DNA from: Lama glama
Taxonomy: Eukaryota
Assembly: GCA_028534125.1 (NCBI GenBank)
Contig: CM052832.1
Span: 20,338,001 to 20,402,000, forward strand
Length of the DNA stretch: 64,000 bases
Reading direction: 5' to 3'
The notes beneath the pieces were generated by a model. The model made no database searches. It was given only the letters and a program-made list of their open reading frames with translations, and was not told the DNA's origin. Within the stretch, counting starts at the first letter, position 1, and each line of letters starts with the position of its first letter. The position numbers and the translations under genes are program-made. Of this stretch, positions 1 to 12,950 are shown one piece after another.

Positions 1-204
1 CTAAAACTCATGTGAAGGTCAAAGAAAGTTTGGTAGTTTACCAGGGAGACAGTACGCCATCCAGTGGCCTCTTACCCATAATGTAAGATTGACGTTGTTA
101 GACGTGATTAAGGGAAAGCCCCGGGAGGGGGAGCTTTGGCACACTGCCTTGGACCATAGTAAAACTGCCAGATTTGAGTCTTGACTTGGAAATTAAACCA
201 CTAA

Positions 205-775
205 TTCATTTCTGCATGTTAATTTCAACAAATATTTGTAGATACCCTATTACAAGGAAAACACCTTTGCTAAACACTTTGAGGTTGAAAAAGAGACTAA
301 GACATACTTTCTATAGCAAAGGCATATATCTAGTGATTGTTTGAGATACAAATATGACAATGAAAGCTGACAATAACAAGTTCCACATAATTAGTACATG
401 CTATGGTAATAGTTTCAGAGTTTGATGATGATGTTGGATTTGACTTTGAATCAAAGGTAGTCCTTGTATACGGAGATATTAGAACATGGTAGAGAGTTCA
501 GGTGGGCAGTAGTGAGCAAAGTATGAAGGACAAACTGAAAATTCTGCTGCGGACAGGGTTTAACTGAATGTAGCTAGATGACAGATTTTTTCAGAGACTT
601 AATGGAGATAATGATGAAGATACAGGTTGGGACAAATTGGCTTAAGAGTTTTAATTCCAACCTAAGGGTTTTCAAATTAATTCCACTGGCGATGGAAGAA
701 CATTCAGTGCTTGTCAAACTGGAAAATATCCCAGTGTGGTATTCTATGAAGATCTGGGAAGAAAGAGAAGGTGAC
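205..775 (-). mobile_element. Degenerate L2 LINE 3' fragment
   Basis: ATTCATT..TTCAACAAATATTTG resembles the reverse complement of the L2 tail and is followed by L2-like internal sequence; matched from memory, boundaries approximate. Confidence 0.55.
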
Positions 776-1071
776 TAGTTTGTACTGTGTGTTATTGACA
801 CAGCTGATCCTTTGGTAATAGATCTGAAACCTCGGTTGCTATTGCAAAGCTTGCTCTCCATCAATAGGGTTTTAAGTAAAATTTGCAAATAGAAACTTTT
901 GCTTCAAGTTGACTTAGCCTTTGTCATTCTCACTTCTCTAACAGAACTGAGTTTATGGATCCCTCAATCCTTGCTTTAAAATGAGACTAGGTGACTACTG
1001 CCATCCCCGCACTGACCCAGACAGAGCTTGGCATAAAGTCCTCTAGGGAATGTGTGGGTTCCAGCTCTGCC

Positions 1072-1093
1072 GTCTGACCACTAGTGGGCAGAC
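1072..1093. promoter_or_regulatory. Palindromic CTCF-like site
   Basis: CCACTAGTGGGCAG (1078-1091) matches CCASYAGRKGGCRS at 13/14 positions; it lies in a 22-bp palindrome with one mismatched pair. Confidence 0.35.
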
Positions 1094-1561
1094 ACAGCCC
1101 TCGGTTCTGAGGGAAGCTCCGTATCTCAGAGGGGAAGCAGGGTCAGCTATTCCAGGGGCTGTTCCTTTCACTGCTTAATCCAACCTGGCTGGATGTTTAA
1201 CAATATAAACTGTAGATTTACTGTGTCTGTCCCCTGAGCACTGAGCCACCACCTCCACTCGAAAGGTAACTCCACCTGGTAATTAACTGTGAAATATTGA
1301 GTGGCCAGTGTCTGACCCGAGTGTTTGTGCCAAGCAAAAGTTTCACTTGAGCTTTTTTTTTCTTTCTCTCTTTCACTGCCAGTTTGTGTGTATGTGTGTT
1401 TTTAAGTATTAACTCTCATGGAAGCACATGCCTATTTAAAATTCCCAGACGATGAGTCAGACCCGTTCAGTGAGGTTCCTGGAGAGTCACATGATGTGGT
1501 TTGATGAAACTTCACCTTATGAAAGGTTGAAGAAAAAAATCAGAAGAGCTCTTTCAGATTT

Positions 1562-1680
1562 ACATATATACGTATGTGTGTGTGTGTATACATATAACTG
1601 GAGTATACACATATGTGTATATTATACATATAATTATATATATATATACACACACACCACACACTAGAGAGAGAGAAAGA
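1562..1680. repeat. Compound TA/TG/CA/GA microsatellite
   Basis: Directly visible dinucleotide runs. Confidence 0.9.
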
Positions 1681-2432
1681 CACATGCAGAAATTTTAAAA
1701 TCCCTTTGTTTTTGTTCCTTTCTTTTTTCCTCTGTAGACATTAAAGAATCTGGTAATCTAATAGCTCATGGTTCTTTGTAACAAGAATAAAGCAAAACCC
1801 TTTAACCATGCAAGGCACACATGGATTTGAGTTACTATCTACCCCCTGAATTAACAGCAGTGAGCCTGGAAATCTTGATTCCAAAGTGACAGAAACATAG
1901 CATTGCTGAGACCTAGGATATACCAGCTATTTCACTCATTATTCTGATAATATATCTTAGGCTTCTTTGGATCTCTAAAATATCTCTATTATAATCCATA
2001 TTTTTCTTCAGATCAGTTTGATGTTTCATAGTATAATTAATATACCTTGTTAGCTTGAATGATAAAGTAGATAGCCTCTTGTTCATAAATCTAAATCATA
2101 GTAGTTTTGAAGCTTTTCAAATTAAATTTTCTATATAATTTCTCAAAGTATAAACTCATTCCAGGAGTGATTTTTGGAATGCAAAGCTTTATTTGCTAAT
2201 GAGCCCCAGCTATGGGTAGGACTGAGTCAGTTCTTATGAAAATGTGTTTCTTGTAGAAAAACAGGTATTCTAGAAAGCTCCCTGCCTCAAGATGAGTGTG
2301 GACAGAGGGCAAGAAGCCAAGAGTTCCTTAAGGGTTCTCTTCAAAAGATTGAGGGTGCACACATTTTAAAGAGTGTCTTGGGGCTTTAAGACATCAAGGA
2401 ACAGAGGAAGTAACACCAACTAAGTTGGCAGC

Positions 2433-2800
2433 ATTGATTCATTCATTTAATGAACACTTACTGAGAACCTACTATGTGCCAGAAACTGCTAGATGCTAGA
2501 GATCCAAAGAAAAGTATACTCTAGTTTCACCCACAAGTGCTCCCAGTTCGAGGGGTGAGGGGTTGCATAAACAAATAGTTATAGTTCAGGAATGTGGAAA
2601 GTCCTATGAAAACACAGGTGCAGAAATGACTAACTTCGTCTAACAGAATTTGATAAAACTTCACTGAGGAGGTGATACTTGATCCAGATCTTTACAGATA
2701 AGTAGGAAATGACTTGCTGAAAAACCAGGAAAGTAGAGATTAAAAAATACCATGAAAGTTGGAAAGGGGATGTTCAAAGAGAAAGGCTTATCAAAGGCAT
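2433..2800 (-). mobile_element. L2 LINE 3' fragment
   Basis: ATTCATTCATTTAATGAACACTTACTGAGAACCTACTATGTGCCAG is a typical reverse-complement L2 3' end. Confidence 0.75.
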
Positions 2801-4074
2801 AATTTATCACTAGTCAGAAAAGGCCTGTACTGGGGAGCCTTGACTGTGCCATTCAACTGCACCTTCATTCTGGGCCAGTCCAGAAGCTAACCACATTCCA
2901 GAGAAGGGTTTGTAACCAGGAAGAAGAAAGTCAGTAGGAATCTAGGCTCTCTCGCATCTATTTATTCATTCTTCATTTCTATCTTTATCTCCCTCTCCGC
3001 CCCCCTCCCTCTCCTGCTCAGACTCTCTCATCCCTAGGCCTGAATCATTCTACTTTGAAGACCAGCACCACTTTTCATTAGATACTACAATTTACATACC
3101 ACCATGTCATGGTATAACCCAGACTTACTGCTAATGCTGCATTGAAATCCCAGATTCCCTGAGGGGAGACTCTCATCTGCCTAACTGATCCAATGCCCTG
3201 TGGTCAGGAGTAGAGTCTCAGCGTATACACCAGAGTTCTGGACACAAAGCTCTTTTGAATGGGGAGGGCATTCTCAGAGCGGGTGGCCCGTGGGTCGTGC
3301 GTCACCCAGGAAGTCATCTGCCACTGAGGATAACTCTGCTTTAGATGCACCAGAGGGATCTGGGGGTGTGGTACATCACTGTGACCTTTCGCACAATGCC
3401 AGTCTACATTTGCTGAGGTTCTTTTCTATGACTTTTCCTTGTCTATAACTATTTCTAGGGTGCTTGCAGAAAAGAAAAAAAAAAAAAAAGGAAGCTGGCA
3501 TGTCCAGGAAAGTGTATTTCTACATGAACAGAAAAATGATGGGCTGGGGCATGAAACTTAAGTCAAGGTGAATATTTGTGATTTTTTTTCCTCCTTCCCC
3601 CATGGTCACTACCTTCAATTAAGAAAAGAAGGCCAATTATACTAGGGGTTAAGTGTGATGCGAAAGTTATATACAACTGGAAATCATTCCTTTGGAAGCC
3701 AATTCGTTCCTGTGGTCTGAACATAAGAACTAAGTTTCAAAAAAACTCTGAGCTTTATATATAAGTAGAGGCTGTAAGTAACTGGAATTTCTCCCAACAT
3801 ATTTCTACCGTGGAAACATGAAGCAGCTGGTGGTATAAGTGAGTTCTTAAGCTTTTTTTTTTTTAATGGTTTTGTTATTTTTATTCTCAAATTATTCAAT
3901 TTCCTCACATAAAGCTGGCTAGCAGGTCATAGGGAAAGTGGCCTTTTCACTAGGACTTGAGTTACTTTGTGGAAATTATTAGTAAATAACTTTGTCCCGA
4001 CATTTCCATAGACACGTTGTATCCAGAATTAATAAACAATTCAGAATCGCATCTAAGTTAGTCCAAACTTGTAG

Positions 4075-4450
4075 TAACAAAGGTAACTCTAGCTGTTCTA
4101 ATAAATAAATTCCCAAGTACCAGTGTTTTATTGCTCGCTCACTTAAAGTCCTAAGTCAGTGTCCCTGACTGTTAAGTGGCTCTTATCCATGTTTCAAAGA
4201 GCTGATCCCATTCTATCTTATGGTTCCACCATGTTCCACAAATAGTTTCCAAGGTCACCGTGAAAGAGGGAAGAATGTAGAGTGTTGCATGTGGGAAGTC
4301 TGTATGGGCCAAGCCCAGAAGTGGCAGACATCACTTCCACCCATACATACTCAACTGGCCAGCAGTCACAGAGCTGCGCCAAAAAGCCAGCACAGCCGCA
4401 TTCCACCCAAGGAGAATGAGAAATAAATGGGGTGAAAAGCAGCTCGTTTC
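4075..4450 (-). mobile_element. Old ERVL-MaLR LTR (MLT1J/K-like)
   Basis: CCAGAAGTGGCAGACATCACTTCCACCCA..CTGGCCAG..CAGTCACA motif typical of old MLT1 LTRs; explains the ORFs at 4218-4426. Confidence 0.6.
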
Positions 4451-6630
4451 CTCACAGCGCTCTCATAGTGCTTATTTCACAATGCATGATAATAAAAAAG
4501 GCGTGTTCATTTAATATAAACTGAATCGAAAATCACTTAGCCATATTTGTTAAATTCAGTGTATAGATAAATTACTATGACAAAGTGCTCCTTTACGATG
4601 TTGTCATTCATAATCCTAATAAACATTAAGTAACTTTAGAAATTACATCCAACACTTCGACATTTCATTGAGAGCTGGGTTCTGAACTCTTGGGTTGCAT
4701 GTAGCTGTCCAAAAAGGTGAATAGAAAGTTCTAAATATGAGGAAATAAACGAGGAAATTATTTTCCTATAAAGGTCATTGTTTTAAACAAAACTAGTTTA
4801 TTCATTGTTCCTTGTTGTATAGAGGGAATCCTACTAGAAACTGTCAATAAAATACTCCCTTGTTCTTAAATAAAGTGATATCATCTTCACGCCTAATTAC
4901 ATGATTTTAGTTATCACTGTGTGGGTTATTTCATTCTGTTCAAATTGATGACAATACACACTTTCTCATACTGTTTCATATCATTTCAGGATAAATTTAA
5001 TATTGTGCCCAAATTTTCTCTATTCTTTACTTCTGATCATTAAACTTATATTTCTTTAGATTTTCAGGTTCTATGTTTTCTTATACTTGTAAGAAATTAT
5101 GGTGAAGACTTAATTTCGTAGTTGGGGAAAGAGGGAGTTTGTAAAACTATGTTTGGGTTTCTTTTATTTTTTAGGGATTTTTTTGTTTTGTTTTTAATCA
5201 GTTCCAGTCCCTGGATTTTCATCTGTACCTCTCATTACAGTCTCTGGAGAAAGTGTTTATGGTTTGAATCCTAGAAAAAGTTGTCAAATGAAATCTGGGA
5301 ACACCCAAGGAATAACACAATACTGCAGAGTTAATATGATTGATGATATCATACCTCATTTTTAACAGATGTCAAAAGAAGGAAAATCAAGCTGCCATTC
5401 CATATACTGAACCTTTGTTCACATAACAGAAGACCTTTATAAGTAAATCATGATGAACGTTAAGTATTCAGTGGGTTAGGTGATGGACATTCAGATTATT
5501 TGGGAGCTTTCAAAAGAATAAGACATCATAAAAATCAGAATTTCTAGAAAAGATGCATATATATATATATATATTTTCTTGTGCTCTATTTGACCACAGT
5601 GTTTAGTTTGGCATTGCTGGATGTATTCTAGTTAGGTAAAGTTTCTTTTCAGAAACAGAACCATATCTTTGGCACTCAAAAAATCTCATATGCACCCGGT
5701 CTTAAAACTAGCTTTTTAATAATTGCCAAATAAAGCCCCACTTTCCAACTGCGAGCTGACGGGGAGAGACAGTATAGGTGGTACTGTTCAACAGTGTATG
5801 TGTGTAAAAATGATTCAGGGAAAGTAAAAGAAAACAATTCTATCTGAATTTAGTTAAAGAAGATCTATTGTTTCTTTGCTGAATCCAGCCTTGTATTGAA
5901 TCAGATTATTTTCTCTACACCTACTGTGGTCTTGTGTTGACTGCCTCCAATAAAAGGCTAAATCAGTTGGACTTGTCTGGTAATCTTGTAGATTTAGCTT
6001 AAACTTTGACTTATCTTAAACTTACAAAATTACCTGTGAGATAGTATCCATAACATCTCTCTCCTGAGTAAGCCCTCACACCACTTTGGGGGATCTAGAC
6101 AAGGGTAGGGTACACCATGATTCTTACTCAAAAGTGATTCTAGGACAGTAAGTCCCACAGAAGGGAAAAGTACTGGTTCTTTCTGAAAGCATCTGAGGAA
6201 TTTCTTACTTTTGAAATTTCATGTCCTCCCATGCCTGATGCTTTCTGACGAATTATCAGGCCCTTGCAGGTTGGGTATGTTATATCTGGCAGTGTGAGTG
6301 TATACCTCTGATTTCAATTTAAAATTAAAAACTCAGAAATCTTTGTTTCTACTAAACACACACACATGCATGCGCACAGACACAGAGAAGTGCATATACC
6401 CAGAAAGAACTTTACTTGGGTCTTCTTTAAAATGCCAGTAGAATACATGGTATTCATTGCTAGATACTGTGAATTTACAGGAACAAAGGGAACAAAAAAA
6501 GCACTTTAGATATGAGGTCTCATTGTAAGTTGAAAACAGCATGCTAGAATTTAACTCTGGAAAAATCCTTGAGTGTTGACAAACATGCTAACTCAAATAT
6601 TTTTAACTCTGCATTTTCCACAGTCTTTAG

Positions 6631-6849
6631 CAGGAGTCAGAAAAGGTTTCATATGAAGGACCAGTAAGTGTTTCACACTTTGCAGACCATAAGACTCTGT
6701 TACAATTGCTCAGCTCTGCCTTTGAATCAAGAAAGCAGACATAGACAATACATAAACAAGTGAACATGACTACAAGCCAATAAAAATGTATCTGCTGAAA
6801 CAAACAGGGGGCTGGATGTGGCTCTCGGGCCACAGTTTATCAACCCCTG
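6631..6849. mobile_element. MER58A (hAT-Charlie MITE)
   Basis: CAGGAGTCAG..AACCCCTG termini; internal GAAAGCAGACATAGACAATAC and CCAATAAAA. Confidence 0.85.
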
Positions 6850-7796
6850 GCCTTGGGTAACTCTCACTTCCTGAGTTAACTGCAGTTCCTTCCCTCACAG
6901 AGATTCTTAGAAACTATTTTCAAATTATTCATAATGTTGGCTTTTCATCTGAAATATGGACATAAAAAATTGTTGTCCCCATTTGTTATGAAGAATAAGA
7001 CCCATCTGCTCAACTGAACAGACCACAAACCTGTCATCTCCTCTGAGCCTTGTTGAGGGCCTGTAGGAACTGGGAAATAAGTTCATCTGTCAACTTACAG
7101 CCAAAGAACGTGAAGCAAGAACATGGAGTTTTGGTTCCACAAGATGCTCTATTGAAAAGGGCACCACTGAGAGGCCTCATGTTTGGCGCCACTGGGGACA
7201 GTCTTGAAAATAATAACCTACTTTTCCTGAGCAAAGCCAGCTCTGAAAGAGGATGATGCCTACGAATGAGGCCTCATAAAAGAATATAATTAAACACTGA
7301 TGCTCCTCAGAAAGAACGGGCTGTGAGGCAGTGACTGTGGTGGCACGCATTGTACCAACGAGAACAAGATGTCACAATTGTATATTTGCAGGTTGATTTA
7401 ATCTGACAGGATTCTTAGCAACAGGGAACTTGGTCTGTCTGTGCATCACAACACCGCCTATGTGTCCGACAAATGAAGCTCTATTTGTCTTTTATAAACT
7501 TATGTGCGTCAATTAGCAAACTTCTAAATCTAGCCGGATGTTCTTATCAGCAGAGATCCCGCCTTCACCGGCTGTGGTGCAGCCTTTTGTAAGTCATTCT
7601 CCTTATTTAATTAAAGACTTCCAAAAATTCTTTTTATAAGCAAAGGGTTTTTTTTCCCATAATTTGTTTTTTGAATGTTCTCTCATGCAAAGTTCTCATT
7701 ATCTGATCTTCTGAAGTATCCCTAACAGATAAATGAGCAGCTAGTTGGCTGCGTTGTTCCCCACAGGTAACCACGGAAAGGAAGAATGGGCTATAT

Positions 7797-8135
7797 CAGG
7801 AGTCAGCAAACGACAGCCCTTGGGCCCAGTCCAGCCCACCGTACCCCATTTTGGACGACTCATAAACTAAGAACAATGTTTACACTTCTAAATGGTTGGA
7901 AAAAAATTTAAAGGAGGACTTTTTTGACTGGTGGAAAGTATATTATATACAAACTTCAGTATCCATCAATAAAGTTATATTGGCACACAGCCACATTTAA
8001 TTTTTTTTTTTAACAAAAATCTATTGTGTTCACGCTGCAACAGCAGAGATGAGAGGTTGCAATGGAGACAAGAGAGCCAGGAAAACCTTAAACAGTTACT
8101 CGTGGCCCTTCATAGGAAAAGTTTGTCTACCCCTG
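7797..8135. mobile_element. MER58B (hAT-Charlie MITE)
   Basis: TIRs CAGGAGTCAGCAAAC / GTTTGTCTACCCCTG; about 340 bp; 8-bp TSD GGCTATAT/GGCTACAC (6/8). Confidence 0.9.
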
Positions 8136-8289
8136 GGCTACACGGACCTTCAAATTCCCTTTCCAATCTTTTATTTTAATATGAATGTTATCACCTTCCC
8201 TTTCTAATTCCCACTTTTGCCTTGAATTTGGGGTGTGGGAGGTGTTTCAGGATAGAGACAGGGGCTCAGCCTTGGGGCCCAATTCTGCA

Positions 8290-8460
8290 TGGTGCTTTAA
8301 AATTATAAGTGCTGCCACATACATTGTCTCGCTTGATCTTACACACTGACGTATTATTCCCTTTGAAGAGGAGGCAACTGGGGTCCAGGTATGTTAATGG
8401 ACTTTCAAAAATAATGCAACTAATAAGTGGTAGAGAGCACTCTAAACCTGACTCTGAATC
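8290..8460 (-). mobile_element. MIR SINE fragment
   Basis: TATTATTCCCTTTGAAGAGGAGGCAACTGGGGTCCAG resembles the reverse MIR core. Confidence 0.6.
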
Positions 8461-8810
8461 TTAACGTTGTTTCTTTACTACTAGTTTGCCTCAAGAAGTA
8501 AGAAACAGAAACCAAAAAACCCTGTGATCTGACAGTTATTCTTATCTGGGATTCATGCACAAAGCTCACGTGGAATGAAACTGGAGAGACCAGGTCTTCT
8601 CCCGTCCCTGGCACCCTGACATAGAACCTGGACGGACTGCAGGCTGGGCTCCCTTTCTTCACACGGAGTAGAAGAGAGCAGTGCTGTGTACTTCCATAGC
8701 CAGAGAAGCCCATGTATCCAAGAAGAATTAAGAAGCAACACCTAAAACTATCAAGCTTTCGAAGGAACGTAACCAGTTACCCTGACTCCATGCTTAGCTC
8801 CCTAAGACCA

Positions 8811-9173
8811 TGCAATGGACTAAATGTGTATGTCTCCCCTAAATTTGTATGTTGAAATCTTAACACTAATGTGATGGTATTAAGTGGTGGGACCTTTGGG
8901 AGGTCATTACGTCACAAGGGTGGAGTGCTCACAAATGGGATTAGTGCCTTTATAAAAGAGATCCCAGAAACCTCCCTGCCTTCTTCAGCCAAGTGAGGAC
9001 ACAGTGGTAAGACAGACATCTATGAAACAGGAAGTAGGTTCTCAGATAGTGAAACTGTTGACTCCTTGATCTAGGATTTTCCAGCCTCTAAAACCATGAG
9101 AAATAAATTCCTGTTGTTTATAAGCCATCCATCCTATGGTATTCTGTTACACCAGCCCAAATAGATTAGGACA
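8811..9173 (+). mobile_element. MLT1A-type solo LTR (ERVL-MaLR)
   Basis: TG..CA ends; AATAAATTCCTGTTGTTTATAAGCCA signature; perfect 5-bp TSD GACCA at 8806-8810 and 9174-9178. Confidence 0.92.
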
Positions 9174-9178
9174 GACCA

Positions 9179-9730
9179 CTTCCAAAGAGCAGCCAGAGTG
9201 ATCTTTTGAAAATCCAAATCATTAGAATAAATCAGAAATTCTTATGAGGCTGTACTTTGTTTTGCCTTCCTATCCCTCTCTCTCCTCTCCAACTCATCTC
9301 CTCCCAAAGGAAGCTTCTTTCATCCCACTGTAGCCACAATGGTCTTCTTGCATTGATGATGACTGCTCATTTCCACCCTTGCTATTCCATGGGCTTAGAG
9401 AATTATTACCCGAGATCTCAGGGTCCACTTCTTCCCATCATTGGAGAGCTACTCAATTGGCAACGTATCTTCAGAAACACTGTCTTTGACCACATAATCC
9501 ATCTCTCCCTATCTGGTACTCTGGTTTCTTTTTAGTATTAACTTGCTCTAAAATTATTTTATTTACTTATTTATTTATTGGTACAATTCTTTAACATCCA
9601 TCATCCTCCATTAGAATGTAAGCTCCTTTGGTGCAAAGATTCTGCTCATCTTTTTTCACCAACACCTAGAACCCTGCATGGCACATGGTACACAGTGAAT
9701 AAATGCTAAATGGATGAATGAGTCAATGAT
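9179..9730 (+). mobile_element. L2 LINE 3' region, interrupted upstream by the MLT1A
   Basis: GCAGCCAGAGTGATCTTTT, TAGAATGTAAGCTCC and a TGGATGAATGA tail. Confidence 0.8.
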
Positions 9731-12569
9731 TGTGGCCTTTGAAGTGCAATGTTGCCTTTTTGTTCATATAATCTTCCTTGGTGGTGGTAAGACAAGACCT
9801 ATTATTTCAATCAAAAGACCTAATATGACAGATCTATCCATAGTAGGGTTAGTAGGATAAGAAATTATGGAACAGCATAAGATAAGAAATCATGAGTTGA
9901 ACCTGGAAAGAAAAAAATGTACACATTCTGTAGGCGTGTAGATTGTTTATAACAATGATAAATATTTTCACCTGTAAACACTTTTTCTACGATACACATT
10001 TGAAGCCCTCAGCTTCGCAGTGTTGTGGCCTGTCATGATTTCAATGCACCTAGAAGTTAACAGGTGTCTTAAATTTCTAAACTGTCATCTTTTGAAGACA
10101 GAAAATAGAACTTTCTGAGCAGAAAGCTAAAAAGCTCTATTTGACCAGTAACTACTATGGTTCATCTCCTTTGGCAAATGGGTTGACTGGCTTCAAATAT
10201 CAACAATAGGTACATAGTGAATATTAACTCAGAGTCACCAGCGGCAAGAGGTGGCAAAAAAAATTCTATTTCATATGTATGTGTGTGAGTGGATGAATGA
10301 AAAGCTGCTTTTAAATTTAAAGGAGTATTGTTAAATAAATTGAAAATCCTAAAGCTGGACAGTACCTGAGAGGCACAAGACCTGAACTAAACAAACTCAT
10401 TCTAAAATATCTTTTATTTTAAGAAAATATAATTTTATCAAATTCCACAACAGTTAAGAAGGATGGCGTTTTAGCAATGCATGGCTTAACTCTAAGGTGT
10501 ACATGAGAATGGAGTTGAATTATGCGTGAGACATGGTGATTTAATGAACCAAGGAAAGCACATTCACTTCAAGGGGACAAAATGTGCTTGGTGCATTTCA
10601 TCAGGAAACTTACAAGGGGTACTTCTGAAAACAGTCCACATCAACTATGCCACAGTGGGATCAGCTTCAGGAAAAAGAGACCTTCAATTTATTTAACAAA
10701 AACGCATTTAAAGAGTATTAAGATATTGCCCCTTGTCACGGATGACTGTGGTTGACATAGTCTATGTGGAGCTGATTGCTAAGAAAAACTTCAGTTCGCA
10801 CGATTTTATAAATTTTTCTGTCAGGAGCATGCTAAGACAGAGCTGTGAACTTTGTCTTGGAAGTTTTTCCTAACATTCCCTTCCTAAGCATCTCATTTTT
10901 CTTTTGGCTATCCTCATTCTCACCCTATCCAGGCCCCAGATATATTTATTGTTTACCTGCCAATCTTTGACAGTGCCTCAATTGTCCCTGTGTCCTCCCT
11001 AATTATTCTTCCTTTATCTGCCACCAATATTTCTCATCCCACAGCACCTGGGATTTTGCAAGTTATTTTCCCCCTGAACACTGAAATCAGGTACTAATAT
11101 TTATCTAAAATAATTTATTAAATGCACATGCATGAGAATATACTGGGTATGGTGTCTGATATGGAATCTAATCAGACAACTGCATGTCTTTCCTGTTACT
11201 TAAAACCTTCGCTCATTGTCCTAGAGGAGATAACACATTTTACATTAATGAGTAAATGGCTTATAACAGCAGAATATTGGCTTTTAAAAGATATGTGGGG
11301 ATATAGAGTCTTAAAAGAAAGAAATAGTTCTTTAACAGAAAGACCTATGCTTTTTTTTTTTTTTAACATGTAGGTAGACAAGATATTCTGGAGAAAGAGA
11401 TCACTTTCAGACCTCTAAAAAGCACTGTATAGGCAAATTCTTCTGCTTCTGCATGAGCCTGATTGTGCCACTAAAATTATGGAATTAAAGTTACTACACC
11501 TAGAGGTGGTAACTGGATAATGGCCCTCCCCTGACAACTGAATGCATGGACCAAAGTATGCACAAAGTCGAAGGCCCTTTTAAGGAGCAAGAATCCAATT
11601 TCATTGTCATTATTACCATTGTGCCAAATGACTTGTAAAATAAAATAAATGAGCTCTGCAGCACCTAGCAAGCTAAGACAACCCCCAGTTCATCATCCCT
11701 CTGCAAAACCACACTCTGATGATCTCACAACGCGGGGGAGAGAGAGGATTGGTTCTGACCTTCCACTGATCAGAACAAAGTGTTATTCTTGATCTCACTT
11801 CACTGGTTTCTGACTAGCATTGCATTTTTTGTATTGTCTTATTTTTCTCTCTTCATAAATCAAAGTAAGAATCTAAAGAGCTACAAGATCTGCCTCTTTG
11901 CCAAGTTCTACACAGAGCATTTCTTTTGCTGCCATCGGAGAGATCTGTTCCTGAACACATTGCCAAATACTAGGCTCTAGGTGGAAACTGCTAATTCCAT
12001 AAACCCTTTGAGGACTGTAACCCAATGGATCTTGGGCAGATTTTGAAAATGTCACGAGCTCATCGCTGCCTACCTTCAGATTCTGTATTAACCTCCAGGG
12101 ACTGGCAGAAAAGGAGCAAGCGGCCATAGGTGAGGAGAGAGATGTGGAGGGCAGACTTTTCCAAGGTACACAAGATGTGGAGAAACTCCATACTAAGTCT
12201 TGCCTTGGCTCCCATGAAAGCTGTTTGAAGATGTTGGAAGTAGCCCTTTCACCCTCTCTCACTGTGTGAACCTGAGAAAAGCGCCTAGCCTGTGCATACT
12301 ATCCAAAGAATATATATTATTTTCAAAAGAAGAGTCTTTTGCAGTGATAATTTTAAGTCACCTGAATCTAAATCAAACAAAATTCAGAAACTATTGAGGG
12401 TTTTTGGTTCGTTTTTTTTTTTTTTTTCAAATCTATCTTGACAAAGTGACAGCAGATCTTACTTAGAGATGGACTCATCAAAGCCACGTAGCCATGCGGC
12501 TGATAGTATGGAGGGTGAACTCATTCTTCCCTATAGCCTCTTCATCTGGCCTGAATTATACCCCCACTC

Positions 12570-12705
12570 AGTGTGATTCAGTTGAAAGGGTTCAGGTTTT
12601 GGATGAGGACAAATCTGATTGTGAATCCCAGCTCACCATTTACTGCTTGAGCGACTTGGCGAGTTACCTAAAATCTCTGATCCTCAGATTTCCCATCTAG
12701 AACTG
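12570..12705 (+). mobile_element. MIR SINE fragment
   Basis: GAATCCCAGCTCACCATTTACTG..GACTTGGCGAGTTACCTAA..CCTCAGATTTCCCATCT core. Confidence 0.8.
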
Positions 12706-12734
12706 TATCTGTATTTTGATCTTCAGTGTTCCTC

Positions 12735-12950
12735 TTACTGTTTGGGGGATTGTGTATCACACGCCAGGCAATTTTCTAAGTGCTTTGCCATCGTGCCAAT
12801 TAGTGCCATCATAACACTGAAGTATTAGCCACCATCTAGATTGTAGGAAACCATCACTCAGAAGGTTAATCATCTTGTTGAGTTTAACAGCTAGTAAGCA
12901 GTGAAATTTACATCCAGCTGTGACTCCAAAGCCAGTGCTGTAAGCACTAC
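12735..12950 (-). mobile_element. MIR SINE fragment
   Basis: GCCAGGCA..CTAAGTGCTTT..CAGCTAGTAAG..TGACTCCAAAGCC reverse MIR pattern. Confidence 0.7.

Noticed and set aside
11873..12262. 129-aa minus ORF, and a plus-frame DVEGRL resembling NREP DMEGRL
   Set aside because: Similarity is limited to a few residues, with no matching flanks or exon structure
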